Made by a program: the position numbers and the translations under genes
Notes under the pieces: model-generated
Seen by the model: the letters and a program-made list of their open reading frames with translations, nothing else
What the model was told of the DNA's origin: nothing
Databases searched by the model: none
Part shown: in pieces, positions 41,596 to 56,559 of the stretch
Layout of the letters: each line of letters opens with the position of its first letter
Numbering within the stretch: the stretch's first letter is position 1
DNA from: Isurus oxyrinchus
Lineage: Eukaryota
Length of the DNA stretch: 64,000 nucleotides
Reading direction: 5' to 3'
Assembly: GCA_026770705.1 (NCBI GenBank)
Contig: JANJGN010000010.1
Coordinates: 109,864,001 to 109,928,000 of the forward strand

Positions 41596-42060
41596 TGGGG
41601 TACCGTGTGGGCAGGCTAGTTCCAAAATCTGGGTCAGCACAAATGTGCATGGAGCTATCATCAAGTACAAAAGATTACAGAGGTTTGAGCTCCATGACAA
41701 CACCTTTACCCCAACACCTGCCCCAACCTCGCCTCCTTCCCCATACCCCCCGTGGCTGGTTTGAATACTCTAGCTAGTTCTCCCTCATCATGGGGATCAG
41801 CTGCAACAAATGTAATACATCACAGGACAAGATAATAGCCCTGAAAGTACCACTGTGGAAAGCCTGCAAGTCATTGAGTAACACATCTGCGCAGGTAGTT
41901 TGACATTTCTTCATATGAAACATTGCATTAGAAGTGAAACACACTTATTTTTGGTATTACTATCCTTTAAATTTTAAAACCATATTGCGGTTGCATTAAA
42001 AATATTGAGTTTCATGTGCACACAATCATCCAGTTTAGTCCAGTCAGGACAGAATCTTCA

Positions 42061-42339
<279 letters not shown>

Positions 42340-42589
42340 TTAGCAATGTTACACACAGCTCGACTCTGCCCGTCTTGCTAGGATTTTGCCCAGTCAGAAG
42401 GCCTGTGTGCTCATTGGTCAGTTCTCATTCACAAATATGTGGCTTTCAAGGAAGAAACCACTGACCAACAAATCATCTGTTCCACAATACTCAGCTTGGC
42501 AGCAAGGCATTTGCTATTATCAATTTAATTAAAAATTGAGTAACTGAGCAAAGCTCAACCTCTTCTATATTGCATTATTTACTCACAGA

Positions 42590-44295
42590 ATATGGGTATT
42601 GGTAACAAGGCTGCAATCTTGTAGAATTAAGTGACTAGCTAGGCCACTTCAAAGGGCAGTTAAGGATTAACCATATTGGCTTGGGACTGGCATCACATTT
42701 AACTCAGACTGGATAAGGACAGAAAGTTCCCTTCCCTAAACTGGATTTTTAAAACAATCCGACAGATTGATGGTCAAGTTGACACCAGCTTTTTAATTTT
42801 ATTTCCAGCTTTTCATTAAAAAAAACTGAATTTAAATGTTTAAACAGCTATGGTAGGATTTTTTTTTGTATTCGTTCACGGGATGTGGGTGTCACTGGCT
42901 AGGCAAGCATTTGTTGCCCATCCGTAATTGCCCTTGAGGTGGTGGTGTGCTGCCTTCTTGAACCACTGCAGTCCATGTGATGTAGGTACACCCACAGGGC
43001 TGTTAGGAAGGGAGTTCCAGGATTTTGACCCAACAACAGTGAAAGAACAATGATATATTTCCAAGTCAGGATGGTGAGCAATTGAAGGGGAACTTCCAGG
43101 TCCTGGTGTTCCCATCCATCTGCTGCCCTTGTCCTTTTAGATGGTAATGGTCGTGGGTTTGGAAGGTGCTGTCTAAGAAGGCTTGGTGAGTTCCTGCAGT
43201 GCATCTTGTGGATGGTACACACTGCTGCTACTGTGTGTCAGTGGTGGAAGGAGTCAATGTTTGTGGATGGAGTGCCAATCGAGCGAGCTGCTTTGTCCTG
43301 GTTGGTGTACAGCTTCTCAAGTGTTGTGGGAGCTGCACTCATCCAGGCAAGTGGACAGTATTCCATCACACTCCTGACAGGCTTGGGGGAGTCAAGAGGT
43401 GAGTTACTTGCTGCAGGATTCTTAGCCTTCAACCTGCTCTTGTAGCCACAGTATATATATGGCTAATCCAATTCAGTTTCTGGTCAATGATAATCCAAAG
43501 GTAATGAGAATTCGGTGATGGTAATGCCATTGAATGTCAATGGGTGAGGATTAGATTCTCTCTTCTTGGAAATTAACTTTGCCTGGCACTTGTATGGCAC
43601 AAATGTTACTTGCCACTTATCAGCCCAAGCCTGGTTATTGTCCAGGTCTTGCTGCATTTGGACATGGACTGCTTTGATATTTGAGGAGTTGCAAATGTGC
43701 TGAATGTTGTACAATAATCAGTGAATATCCCCACTTCTGACCTTATGATAGAATGAAAGTCATTGATGAAGCAGCTGTAGATGGTTGGGCCGAGGACACT
43801 ACCCTGAGGAACTCCTGCAGTGATGTCCTGGAGCTGAGATAATTGACCTCCAACAACCACAACCATCTTCCTTTGTGCTAGGTATGACTCCAACCAGTAG
43901 AGAGTTTTCCCCCTGATTCCCATTAACTCCAGTTTTGCTAGGGCTCCTTGATGCCACACTTGATCAAATGCTGCCTTGATGTCAAGGGCAGTCACCCTCA
44001 CCTCGGGAGTTCAGCTCTTTTGTCCATGTATGAACCAATGCTTTAACGAGGTCAGGAGCTGAGTGGCCCTGGTGGAACTCAAACTAAGCATCAGTGAGCA
44101 GGTTATTGCTAAGTAAGTGCCACTTGATAGCACTGTTGATGACCCCTTCCATTACTTTACTGGTGACTGAGAGTAGACTGATGGGGCAGTAATTGGCTGG
44201 GTTGGATTTGTCATGCTTTGTCCAATATGTGAACTCATGTTGCTTGTCCAAATCTCAGTCTTACTTGTCCAGTAACATAACCACTGTACTATCGT
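42590..44295 (-). mobile_element. tRNA-derived SINE (42590-42860 and 44230-44295) interrupted by a family B LINE
   Basis: ggtaggattt ... gaactcatg rejoins a reverse B-box across the LINE. Confidence 0.6.
42861..44222 (-). mobile_element. Family B LINE 3' portion
   Basis: ORF 43606-44001 VTALDIKAAFDQVWHQGALAKL...VPQGSVLGP. Confidence 0.9.
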
Positions 44296-44954
44296 AACCA
44301 TGGAAAGAACATTGGTAAACACTTCAGAAGTGGCACTATAAAGGTGAGTAGAAGATGCTGTTGGTGGTGACTTCCACTGTCGAGAAAGTGAGGAGCCAAG
44401 GCCTGTAGTTCAGTACCACCCCAGCTGAAAACAGCAGGATGGAAGGCAGGACAACATCAAATAGTATTTAAATGGCACCAAATTTGGGATTTAAAATCTG
44501 TAGAACATAGAAGGAAGTGAAAAATCAGAAGCAATAGCTTTCACTGCAAAGATAATAAAGAAAGGGCCCTTCATGCATTTGGAACCATGTTGTGGTGGAT
44601 GTGTAACAAAGCTAAGCTTTATCAGACTTACTCAAAGATTACATCTGATCAGATTAAGTATAGGCCAGTCAAAGCACGAGGCTGATGCACTCTTCTCTTA
44701 GTCACGGCAGCTTTATCTTTTGGACTGCATTTCTCTGTATATATGAATGCCCTTAGTTTCCGAGTAAACATTTATCAACCTTTTAGTTATCTCACTTGAC
44801 TTGGTATCCACATGGAGCAGTATGCTCCACATTCTCACAAACATCCTTCCTGGATTCATTTCTAATCACCTGAACTCACATTCTAAGATTCTGTCGCCTC
44901 ACTCTGGATTCCCTATTACATTAGATTGTATAGAACTTACAGCACAGAAATACA

Positions 44955-46058
44955 TCAGCAAAACTGGAGTCAATGGGAATCGGGGGAAAACTCTCTACTG
45001 GTTGGAGTCACATCTAGCACAAAGGAAGATAGTCGTGGTCAGTCATCTCAGCTCTAGGACATCACTGCAGGAGTTCCTGAGGGTAGTGTCCTCGGCCCAA
45101 CCATCTTCAGCTGCTTCATCAATAACATTCCTTCTATCATAAGGTCAGAAGCAGGGATGTTTGCTGGCGATTGCACAATGTTCAGCACCATTCACAACTC
45201 CTCAGATATTGAAGCAGCCCATGTCCAAATGCAGCAAGACCTGGACAGTAACCAGGCTTGTGCTGACAAGTGGCAAGTAACATGCGTATCACACAAGTGT
45301 TAGGCAATGGCCTTCTCCAATCAGCAAGAATCCTACCATCGCCCCTTGATGTTCAATGGCAGTACCATCACTGAATCCCCCACTATCAACATCCTGGGAT
45401 TACCATTGACCAGAAACTGAACTGGACTAGCCATATAAATGCTGTGGCTACAAGAGCAGGTCAGAGGCTAGGAATCATGCAATGAGTAACTCACCTCCTG
45501 ACTTCCCAAAGCCTGTCAACCATCTACAAGGCACAAAACAGGAGTGTGATGGAATACCCCCGACTTGCCTGGATAAGTGCAACTCCCACACCGCTCAAGA
45601 AGCTCAACATCTTCCAGGACAAAGCAGCCTGCTTGATTGGCATCACATCCACAAACATTCACTCCCTCCACCACCGATGCACAGTGGCAGCAGTGTGTAC
45701 CATTTACAAGATGCACTGCAGGAATCCACCAAGACTCCTTCAACAGCACCTTCAAAATGACCACTACCATCTAGAAGGACAAGGGCAGCAAATGGATTGA
45801 AACATCACCACCTGGAAATTTCCCTCCAGGTCACTCACCATCCTGACTTGGAAATATATTGCTGTTCCTTCACTGTCGCTGGGTCAAAACCCTAGAACTC
45901 CCTTCCTAACAGCACTGTTGGTGTACGTACACCACATGGACTACAGTGGTACAAGAAGGCAGCTTATCACCACCTTCTCAAGGGCAACAAAGGATGGGCA
46001 ATAAAATTGCTGGCCCAGCCAGCGAAGGCCATATCCCATGAATGAATACCAAAAAAAA
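44955..46058 (+). mobile_element. Family B LINE 3' portion
   Basis: Same family motifs and 3' tail atcccatgaatgaat plus A-run. Confidence 0.88.
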
Positions 46059-49000
46059 GTCCAAATGGTCCATGCAAGTGTTTGTGCTCCATACCAGCCT
46101 CTTGCCACCCATCTTCATACAAACCCTATCAGCATATCTTTCTATTCCTTTCTCCATCATGTGTTTATCTAGCTTCCCCCTTAAATGCATCCATGCTATT
46201 TACCTCAACTACTCCCCTTAACAATGTCCACATTCAAACCATTCTCTGGGTAAAGAAGTTAATCCCAAATTTTCTAGTGGCTTTATTGGCAAGTAATTTA
46301 TATTTACATCTTGTTCATGTCAACTCTATCAGACACCTCCAGAATTTGAAAGATCTTTATCTCAGTAACTCCTCAGCCATTTCTAGAGAAAAGAGCTGCA
46401 TATTCAGTCCTTCCTGATAGCTATAACCTCTTGCACCTTCTCCTGTGCCACTATATCCTTTTGGTAACATGGAGATGTGCACAGTATTACTCCAAGCGCA
46501 GTCTAAGCAAGATTAGCACAACTTACCTGGTTTTCAATTCTATCCCTTTTTCAATGATTCCCATGCTTTCTGTACTTTTTAAAAACCTCAATAATCTGTG
46601 CCACTATTTTAGCCTTCTGCTCCTCTACCCTGTTCAGACTCTGAATTTTCCATGAAGCATGTGGCTTCCCCATTCTCCCTAATGATACGCAACATTCACA
46701 CTTGGCTAGGTTGAAATTTATTTGCCAATTACACATGCATTCTGTAAGTTTATTTGTCTTCTTGTATTTTATAATAGTTCTCCTCAGTACGCCCAATCTG
46801 GTGTCATCCCCAAATTTTTTAATTCCTGAGTTTAAATCATTTATGTAAATTGTGAACAGCAGTCCTAACATCGTTCCCTGAAGAACACACGTATTTTAAA
46901 CACTTTGATTAGATCACTCTCAGCCTTCTAAACTGAAGGAATACAACAACATTTGAATTTGAAAGTGGTCCGATAAAGATAAAGAATACAGACCAGCTTT
47001 ATACAAACCGGTCCTCATAATTTAACCCTTTAAGTCCCAGTATTAACCTGGTGAATCTGTGCTGTAAGCTTCACAAGGCCAACATCCTATTTGATGTGTG
47101 GTGTCCAGAGCTGAAAGCAGTATTCCTGATGGAATCAGATCAAGGCACTCTGCAACTTAAGAATAACTTGTTCCTTTGAGGTAAAGGCCAATGTTTCACT
47201 ACCTATCTATTAGCTTCTTGTGACACCCAAATCATGAAACGTAAACTTCTTTGCTCTCCACAGTTCTTATGTTCTCATCATTAAGAAAATGCTCTGAACT
47301 CCCGATTGATACAGTTTTGCTCATTCACTTAATCCGTCTGTGTCCCTTTGTAGCTTTCTCCTCCCATCTGCACCACTGGGTGAACCTCCCAACTTAGTAT
47401 CATCTGCAAATGTGGATATTTAATTCTCCATCCCTTTATCCAAGTCCATATATAAGCTGAGGCCCCAGTATAGATCCCTGGAGAACACTGCTAGTCACAT
47501 CCTGCCAATAACCTGCCAATAAGAGTGTATTCTCTTCATCTCTAGCTCCCAAAAATGAGCAACCCATGTCACAAGGTTGCTTCCAATTTCATGTGCTTTC
47601 ATTTTTGCTTGTAATCTCTGGTGAGATGTTCAAATGCCTTCTGGGAATGCATATAGATAACACTCCCTTAATTTATCATAAAGTCTTGTCATGCAATTCA
47701 ACTAGATTCCAGTAACTTCTTATAACTGATGTTAAACTGACAGGTCTGTAGCAACATACCCTCTAATTATCTTTTGAGTGCATGGACAATTTGTTTCAGT
47801 GCATGAGCACGTGGTAAATGAAAGGGAACAGCTTGTGTGCAGTCCACATGGGGACTTTCAAGTCACTGCACATCCGCGCAGCTTAGAGAAAACATTGGCC
47901 TGTAGCTTTCTGATATACCTCTCCCTCCCTTCTGAAATAATGGAATAATATTAGTGATTCTCCAATCTAAAGACTCAATTTCTAAATTGAGTGTTCTGGA
48001 AAATTTTAACTAACATATCTGCAATTTCCCGTCCTTGTTTTATTAATATCCTGAGGCGGAAACCATTAGGTCCTGGGCAGTTTTCTACCTAAAGTTCCAA
48101 AATTTTCTCCAGTATCAGTTTTTTTTTAAGTTATATTAGTTCCAATAAATTCCTCCCCTTGATTTAATTTTCTGTTCCTCTGTATCTGTTTCTCCACTGT
48201 GAAAATAGAAAGAACTCATTTAACAAATCTGCCATTTCCTTGCTGTCCATTATTGTCTCACCTTCATCTGTCTTTAATGGGGCCACATTTTCCCTTTACC
48301 ATTTTCTTTCTCAAAGTATGACTCTATGACTCTGTGTGTGTTGATAAAAACATTTTGCTGTTAGCTTTCATATCCCTTGCAAGGTTTGCACTTTCCTTTT
48401 TTGCTTTGTATACAGCATCCTTACAGCACAGGAGGTCGTCATTCGGCCCACTGTGTCTGCACTGGCTCTCCGAATGAGGAATTCACCTAGTCCCATTCCG
48501 CACCTTCTCCCTAAAACCCTGCATATTCTTCCTTTTCAAATAATAATCCAACCCTCTCTTGAATTCCACAATTGAACCTGGCTCCACCACACCCTCAGGC
48601 AGTGCACTCCAGATCTTAACAACTAGCAGTGTGAAAAAGTTTCTCCTCATGTCTCCATTGCTTCTTTTGGCAATTACCTTAAATCTGATCCCTCTCATGC
48701 TTGGTCCTTCCACTACCTGTAGTTTTTATTTTAAATAGCTCTCCCAGTCTGCAGGCTTTCCACTTCACTTGCATCTGCATAAACCTTTCACTTTAGTTTG
48801 ATACTGTCTCTTAGCCCACTCATTGGCCATGATTACTTAACTACACAAGTGCAGCTTTTGCCTTTTGGGAGAATGTACTGGTATTGCATTGTAATAAAGA
48901 AATTTTCCAAAAAATACTTCCCATTGTTTACCTATTAAGAGTTCAGCCCAGTTTACTGCAGTCATTTAATTTCACATTTCCTCAAAGTTTGCCTTACTTA

Positions 49001-50180
49001 AATTTAAAACCTTGCATTGTGACGAGCACTTGTCCTTCTCAAACCCAATATCAAATTCAAGTGTATCATGATCAGTATTCACAATATGTTTATCATCAGC
49101 TTTTTTTAAACTAATTCTGCTCATCACTATATCTGCTATAGCTTGTTCCTTTGGCTATTCGAAAATATGTTGTTCCAGTAAATTGGCCAAAATACACTGT
49201 GGAAATTCAGTCTTTACAAGCTGCTCTGTTTCTCCCATTTTATATGAAAATTAAAATCATTATAACCAGATTATTTTTGCTACATGTTTCTCTGATCACT
49301 ATATTTATATATCACCCCCAACCCTTGTACATCGCTACTGTCAGGAGGTCTGTGAACAACTCCCAGAGTCATGCATTGTTTGCTATTGATTAAATCTACC
49401 CAGTGTTTCCACTGCTGACTCACTCTGATTGAAGTCCCTTCCAACTGCTCTAATTGTGTCTTTAATTACATTGTTATTCTTCATTTTCCAATACCCCTGT
49501 CCTTTCTAAAGATCTTATAGGCTGGAATATTTAGCTCCCAGTCACTCCAGGGCTCTGTCTTGCCTACTGCATCATACCCATCAAGCTGAATTTGTGCTTC
49601 TAATTCATTTGTTTTAACAAGGAATTTACAGCACAGAAACAGACCATTCAATCCAACTGCTCTGTGCTGGTGTTCATGCTCCACGTGAGTCTCTCCCCCC
49701 GCACCCCCCAATCCACTTCATTTCATCTAACCTCATCTGTAACCTCATCCTTCAAATCCTTTCCCACTCATGTTTATCTAGCTTCCACATAAATGCTATT
49801 TTCCTCAATTACTCATTATGGTAGTGAGTTTCATGTTCTAATCACTCTGGGTAAAAAAAAATTTCCCCTGAATTCATCACTAGATTTATCATTACTGGAC
49901 TATCTTATATTTATCGCCCCTAGTGCTATCTCACACATGGTGGCATCTGCTCCACATCTAACTAGCGAACCCCTTCGTAATTTTATAGACCTTTCTCAGG
50001 TCACCTCTTAGACTCCAGTCTATCAATTTCTGCTGATAGTTATAACCTCTCAGCTCTGGTACTTTCCTTGTAAATCTTTTTTGCATCTTCTCCAAACCTC
50101 TAAAACCTTTTTGTTACAGAAACCAGAACTGTACCAAGTGTGATTGAACCAAGGTTTTTACATAAGTTTAACATAACTGG
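46059..50180 (-). mobile_element. Cluster of degenerate, partly nested CR1 LINE fragments
   Basis: LLFTIYINDL...KFGDD (46551-46871), RRNFFT.LVVKIWSALP (48483-48713), endonuclease N-terminal remnant WELNIPAYKIFRKDR (~49500-49610). Confidence 0.7.
47752..47897. mobile_element. hAT-type MITE, 8-bp TSD
   Basis: TIRs caacataccctctaa / ttagagaaaacattg; TSD gtctgtag (47744-47751) and gcctgtag (47898-47905). Confidence 0.75.
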
Positions 50181-50783
50181 GGAATTTTAATCCTGCAGAA
50201 AAACAGGAGAGAGTCAAGGAGGTTAAATTCTTTAAAATGGGAAGCCTACATCCAGTTTAACCACGGGTTATAATATTTATAATATTTAAATCAGATGTTA
50301 TAATATTTAAAATAGGCTGTGCACCTCAGAATTTAGCAGCCATGTGGATATAACAGCTGCAAGGTCAGGTTTCCCAGTGCTCTGGAAATCCGGCAGCTAA
50401 AGGGAGGTGAAAACTGCCAGATCCAACAGGTAGCTGCCTTTTTCCCCAGCACTCCCACCTGCTCCTTATGCCTCCCTCACTGCACAATATCCCCCTCCCT
50501 CTGTCTCAGTCCCTGGCTTCAACTTTTTCGGCCTTCAGTGGCAGCCCTTCCCAGCCAACAGTCTCTCATACTGGCGAGATTCCTAGCTGGAAAGTGGAGA
50601 AAAAGATATGCAAATGTGCTCCTTCCATCAAATTCTGCAAGACATCCGAAGTTCTCAGATTTCCAGGCTGCTGAAAGTCACTCCCACGCCTTCCCTAGGT
50701 GAGCCAACATCTCTGCTTTTGAATTCTATTCCTCCAAAAATAAACTCCTCTGGTGCTTTTATTGCACTTTTTATGGCTTTGCT

Positions 50784-51424
50784 GGCCGGAATTTTATGTC
50801 CCATGGGTGGGTGCACACCCGACCTGAATGGGTGTAAGGTCACACGAGATGATGTTGGGTGAGCGTCCCAACGTCATCACGCACTTGAGCGATACTTTGG
50901 TCGGCGGGCGCGTGCAAAAGTCGGAAGAGCACCTGCCAACAATTAAGCAGGTAATTAAGACCATTAACAGCCCAATTGCTAGCGATTTTTCATGGCCTGT
51001 CCAACCTTACGGTTGGCGGATGGGCCAATTGGCCAGGCGGACTTTACGTTTTTGATGGAACCTCATCCAAGGGCAGGATGAAATCTCCGTTAGGATTTAA
51101 AATAAAAATAAACACCTGGGGACTTTTTTTAAAAATGAGATCTGCCTTCAGGTGCTTGATTGTACTGCATGGACATTTTTGCAGCATTTTTGTGCTTTCT
51201 TTCATTATTTGGAGGTCTGCAGTTTCCCTGAGGCATCAGTCTGCTCAGTGGAAGTGCCCACCAGCACCCATGATGATGTCGGCACCCGCCCTCTTCCCTT
51301 TCTCAGGGCGCGTTTCATGCTGGCTGCTAATTGGCCAACCAGCATAAGATCGCACTCACAGCACGACCTCAGCCGGGAGCGGGAGTTACGACTTCGGGCG
51401 TACCCCAAGGGCAAGATTCAGGCC
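50784..51424. mobile_element. Harbinger-type MITE (orientation A), TSD GCT
   Basis: TIRs ggccggaatttt / aagattcaggcc. Confidence 0.8.
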
Positions 51425-51534
51425 GCTGTTTCTGATGACTCATATATCTGCACCCTCAATTCCCTTTGCACCTCTGAGGAATATGTGATCTCCTACCAGG
51501 ATGCACCACTTCACACTTGTTTACATTGAAATTC

Positions 51535-52470
51535 AACAACAACTTGCATTTATATAGCACCTTTAACATAATAAAAAGGCCCAATGTACTTCACAGGGGC
51601 ATTATATAACAAGATACTACAACGAGCCACAAAAGGAGCCATTAGGGAGTGTTAAAAGTTTCTTAAAAGGAGGAAAGAGAGGTAGAGAGATGGGTTGCTT
51701 TAGGCAGGAAATTTCAGAGCTTTGGACGTAGGCAGTTGAAGGCGCAGCCATCAATGGTGGAGCAATTCAAGTTAGGAATCCACAGATGCTACAATTAAAT
51801 GAATGCGGATATTTTGGATGGTTAGGGTTGGAAGAGTTTACAGAGCTAGGGAGGGGCAAAGCCATGAGGAGTTAGAAATATATCATTATTCCTTCACTGT
51901 TGCTAGGTCAATTCTCTCCCTAAGAGCACTGCCGGTGTACCTCGCCACATGGACTGCAGCGGATCAAGAAGCTGGTTCACCCTCACCTTCTCAAGGTAGG
52001 GGGAACAAATGCTGGCCTCACCAACAGCACTCACCTTCCAAAAACAAATTTTAAAAATGTCTTGAGGTGACAAAAACATGGATCAGATGAGGTAGGAGTA
52101 GAATCACACTCTTACAGTTGTGGAAATGGGAGGTCATGGTGATGGCACAGTCATCAGAAACTCAGCTTGGAGTCAAATATTGCATTAAGGTCTGGTTCAG
52201 CCTCAGGTAGCTGCCATGGAGAGGGATGAATTTGGTGGCTAGGGAATGGAGTTTTGGCATGGATCAAAGACTATGGCTTCAATCTTCCCAATATTTAATT
52301 GGGCAAGAATTTACAGAGAATGAAGTAGTCATGAAAGGCAGTGCTAAGGTAGAGCTGGGGGCTATCAGCGTTCATCTGGAAAGTGACATGCTTTTGGATA
52401 ATGTAGCCAACATATAGATGGGAAATAGGAAGGGGCCAAAAGATAACAGATGTAGCTGCATGAATGAGAA
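51535..52470 (-). mobile_element. L2 LINE 3' remnant with a nested family B tail (~51870-52055)
   Basis: Tail cttgcatttatatagcacc; reverse ADSPQLYLS, a decayed YADD.QLYLS motif. Confidence 0.65.
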
Positions 52471-52479
52471 GAGAAGCCA

Positions 52480-53235
52480 TCTTCCTTCCTATGTCATTTG
52501 TTCTAATAGAGAACACAACTAGTTCTCCCTTTCCAAGTTTCTTTGAAGCCAATTTTAAGATATTCCTTACCCTAGCACCAGGTAGGTAATCCTAATTATA
52601 TTGTAACTAACTATTTTATTGCATTCGGGTGGTGGGCATTAACTGGGGATTCACATGTGATCCTATATGTAAAAGGAGACTGAAACTGTGGTTGGATTAG
52701 GAGGTACATGCTTGTAATGTGTATCTCTGAAAAGGTAAGATCATAAATAAAGTGTGTAAAGATTAATCTGCAGTTCTATCCTTCACCACCTAGGGCTTTC
52801 TAGATTGGAACAGACAACAGACGCACACCTGGACCCTGAATTCCAAAGTGCTTTGGCCATCACTTTCACAGCCTTTTTTATTGTTCTCACAGGGAACACG
52901 TTACACTGTATCTGTTGGACAGGACCAGATTCTACGGCTCCTCCTTCCCTTCCTCCACTCGGCTTCCTCTAATGTGTTGACAGTCAGTCAGTCACACACT
53001 CCTCTTCCTTAATCAGTCTACGTGCTATGAGCATGCTCTAGAGTAAACCATCCAGCTGGTATTTGTCCCTCTCACGTATGTATTGGAGTATCCTTGATTC
53101 AGGCTCCAGTTCCAGCTCAACAACTCTGAGATGGAGTAACTCTAGAAAGAGGCATTTGCAAAGTTGTGTTTTATCTGGGACAGTTCTATTATCCACCAAT
53201 ACTGCAGTCCAGGCACTCTTCCTATGCTACCATTA
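52480..53235 (-). mobile_element. CR1 ORF1 remnant with a possible short solo LTR at ~52602-52812
   Basis: Reverse strand gives LRVVELELE (coiled-coil-like) and RTNDIGR (esterase-like GTND); inner tgt...aca segment has TATA-like and aataaa signals but no clear TSD. Confidence 0.45.
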
Positions 53236-53559
53236 CCACCAATTCTATATATATTTATTGCAAATACAGTATTTAATTATCTCCAGTGCTAACTGATTTT
53301 AATGGTAAAATAGTCACTTCTATGCTCAGTTTAGTATATTTAGCCTATTACTTCTATTTACATCATTCCTTCTCAATAGCTTCACATAATGTCTCAGTGA
53401 GGTCCTCCTCAGATTCATTTCATTGTAATATAACCAAAATGTACCAGTCTCTCAGCACAACATTCCAGGCATCATCATGGATTTTACAGTGGGGGCAAAA
53501 AAAAATCACGTGTTCTGATCCTAGCTCTGCTGTACTACAATAATACCTACTTCCTTCTA

Positions 53560-54690
53560 AATGGTAAGCTTCTTGTAATGAATAATCTAGTAAATACATA
53601 ATATTGCAGAGTACACAAAGTCAGACAGAATGGAAAAAAGACGAGGGCTAGCCCTGATAATATAGGATTTCATAAGGACAACATTGAGAAAGGATCTGGT
53701 GGGAGTAGTTCATTAGTTCATAAAATGTTTTCATGATAGTTTTGTGGAGCTATATGTTGTGGAAACAACTAGGGAAAAGGCCATTTTAGATCTAGTATTG
53801 TGCAATTAGTAATGTCATAGTAAAAGATCTTCTGGGAAAAAGTAATCATAACACAATTGAATTCCATATCCAGCTTGAAAGTATACTCCAGTCCCAATCA
53901 AGAATCTTAAACTACAACAAAGCCAATTACAAAGGTATGAGGCTAGCTAAGGTTGATTAGATAAATAGACTACAATTTATGGTGATAAATAAACAGCAGG
54001 AAACATTTAAAGAAACAATCAAAATGTCCAACGAATATAAATTCCATTAAAAAAACAAAACCTCAGAATGAAAGAAGTGGCTTACTAAGAAGGCTAAGAG
54101 TAATATTAGTTTAAAAGAAGAGGCTTATAATGTTGTAAAGAATAGGAGTAAGCCTAAGGTTTGGCAGTGTTTTAGAAACCAGCAAAGGGTCACCAAAAAG
54201 TTGACAAAATGGGAAAAAATAGAATGAGATTAAACTAACCCAGGATATAAAAAGATTGTAAGAGCTTTAACAAGTTTATAAAAAGGAGGAGGGTAGCTAA
54301 AATAAATATTGGTCCCTTAGAGACAGAGACAGGGGAAATTTTAGAGGGAATGAGGAAATGGCAGAGACTTTGAACAAATATTTTGTATCTGTCTTGACAA
54401 CTGAAGACACAAATTACAATAGCAGACATAAAGGATAACCAAGAGGCTGATAAGAATGAGGAACTTAAGGTAATTAATATCACAGAGAAAAAGTATTGTA
54501 GTAACTTGAGGGACTAAATTCTGACAAATCCCCAGGACCTGATGGATATGTCTCATGGTTCTAAAAGAAATAGCTGCAGAGATAGTGATTGGTTATGATT
54601 TTCCAACATTTATTAAATTCTAGAACATTCCCAGCAGCTTGGATATTAAATGTAACACTGATATTCACGAAAGGGGGGAAGAGAGAAAAC
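53560..54690 (+). mobile_element. CR1 LINE endonuclease/linker remnant
   Basis: caactagggaaaaggccattttagatct, agtaatcataac (SDH region), aaatccccaggacctgatgg (KSPGPDG). Confidence 0.75.
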
Positions 54691-55819
54691 GTTGAACAAC
54701 AGATGCTGCCTGACCGGCTGAGTAATTCCCGTATTTTCAGTTCTTATTTCATATTTCCAGCATCTAAAACAGTTTGCCTTTGTATATGATGAGACTTGCT
54801 GTACCCTTGAGGTAACTTCAATGAATTATGTACTTGAACCCCTAAATTATCACCCGCTCTGTGCTTCCTTTGTAGACAGTTTTCAAATTATCCTTTCAGT
54901 CAAAATGTACAACCTTACATTTCACATTTAGCTACATGTGCTGTATTACAATCACTTTACATTTAACCATTTCTGAAATGTTTTGATTTCTTTTTATTTA
55001 CAAATTGCTACAGCTCCTGGTATAATGCCAGTAGAAAAGTTAAATAATCTTTATCTGATTCCCAAATCCAAAGTATTTACTAGAATGGCAAAAGGTTGGG
55101 GACCCAGCACTGCTCCCTTGGGAATATCATTCATCACTGTCTGCTAACACAAAACATCTTTTATTCCAGCCTTCTCTCTCTCTCCTATCTCCAGATCCAT
55201 TTAATTTCCATGCCACATTATCTCCAATTTCATAGGTCTCAATTTTAATTAAAACACTTATAGATTCTGATAATAGAATGTATTGCAGTAACCAGATTCC
55301 AGAATCAAAAAGCCATCAGTTGGACTAGATTGGCCACAATTAAATCCTTGAAGCGAACGCCATAGATTGATGTCCTCACAGGAGAGAAGATTAGCAAATA
55401 GAAACAACCTAGAAGGAAAATTCGAGGCACCCATCTAGGCCAGACAGATCCAGCGCATTGACAGAGGGAGAAGGACATGCATCCTTCCAAAATTTCTCAA
55501 AGTTCAATGATTTGATTTCACTAAAAATCCACTGCCAATGTGTTCATGAGAGCAAATTATTCCAACTTTTTATACACAACCTTTCCCAAAACTCTCAAGG
55601 TTTAAACCAGTGAAAATATCCTACGAACAGCAGAAGCGAGTCATAAAACATGCATTCTTAAACTCACAGCTCATTTTGACACCCACTAGTGATTTCAAAA
55701 GATAGGAGACTAGCCACAGGGAGTTGTTTTGCAGATATTAAAGTTGGCTGTTCTTTTGGAATCAGCTTGAAAATTGTTCATTTGATCAAAAAGAGCTGCC
55801 CTGTGTGTAAACGCAGCGT

Positions 55820-56060
55820 GTGATGCGGTAGTGAGCCACTGAAGTTAAGAGTGGTCCCAAATTTGAGTTCCGGCTTGTGCTGTGCTGAGATGATCTCAGG
55901 TTGCAATGACTGTGCTACAACTGGCCTCAGTGGTCCCAGACTAGATTGTCGGGTCAGGATGGGGTACAGGAGGATTCCTGCTCTTCATTCTTGCTGGATA
56001 ATACTCGTACATGTGAATGTAGTGAGGATGGTCCTGCTGCTCTAGTTCAGACTGGATGGT
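55820..56060 (+). mobile_element. Possible degenerate SINE just downstream of the exon 4 donor
   Basis: Weak tRNA-like head; resemblance only. Confidence 0.3.
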
Positions 56061-56160
56061 TTACTGTCTACTGAATCGTAGCATTAGCCGACCACTTAGT
56101 GAGAGGAGTCAAAATTGGAGGGGGGTATCAGAGGCAAGAGGGCTGAATAACATCATACTA

Positions 56161-56274
<114 letters not shown>

Positions 56275-56559
56275 CTAAAATACAAAAGGAAAAGTCATGA
56301 GCCTAAAGACTTCAGGATCAACATCAGCCATGTTATTGGCACAAACCAACACAAAAGCAGATTCATTCTGAGGGTTTTCTCTGATCAGGTACTGAAGATT
56401 CTCGAGTTGAAATTGGCCTTTGCCAACACATATTTAAATCAGGTGGAGTACAAACGAATACAAAAGCAAAATACTGCGGATGCTGGAAATCTGAAATAAA
56501 AACAAAATGCTGGAAAAACTCAGCAGGTCTGTGGAGTGTAAATGAAGCTGTGGTTTCAC

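Noticed and set aside
44612-44632. aagctttatcagactta resembles the miR-21 5' end
   Set aside because: Seed is interrupted, the 3' half does not match, and no precursor hairpin is evident.
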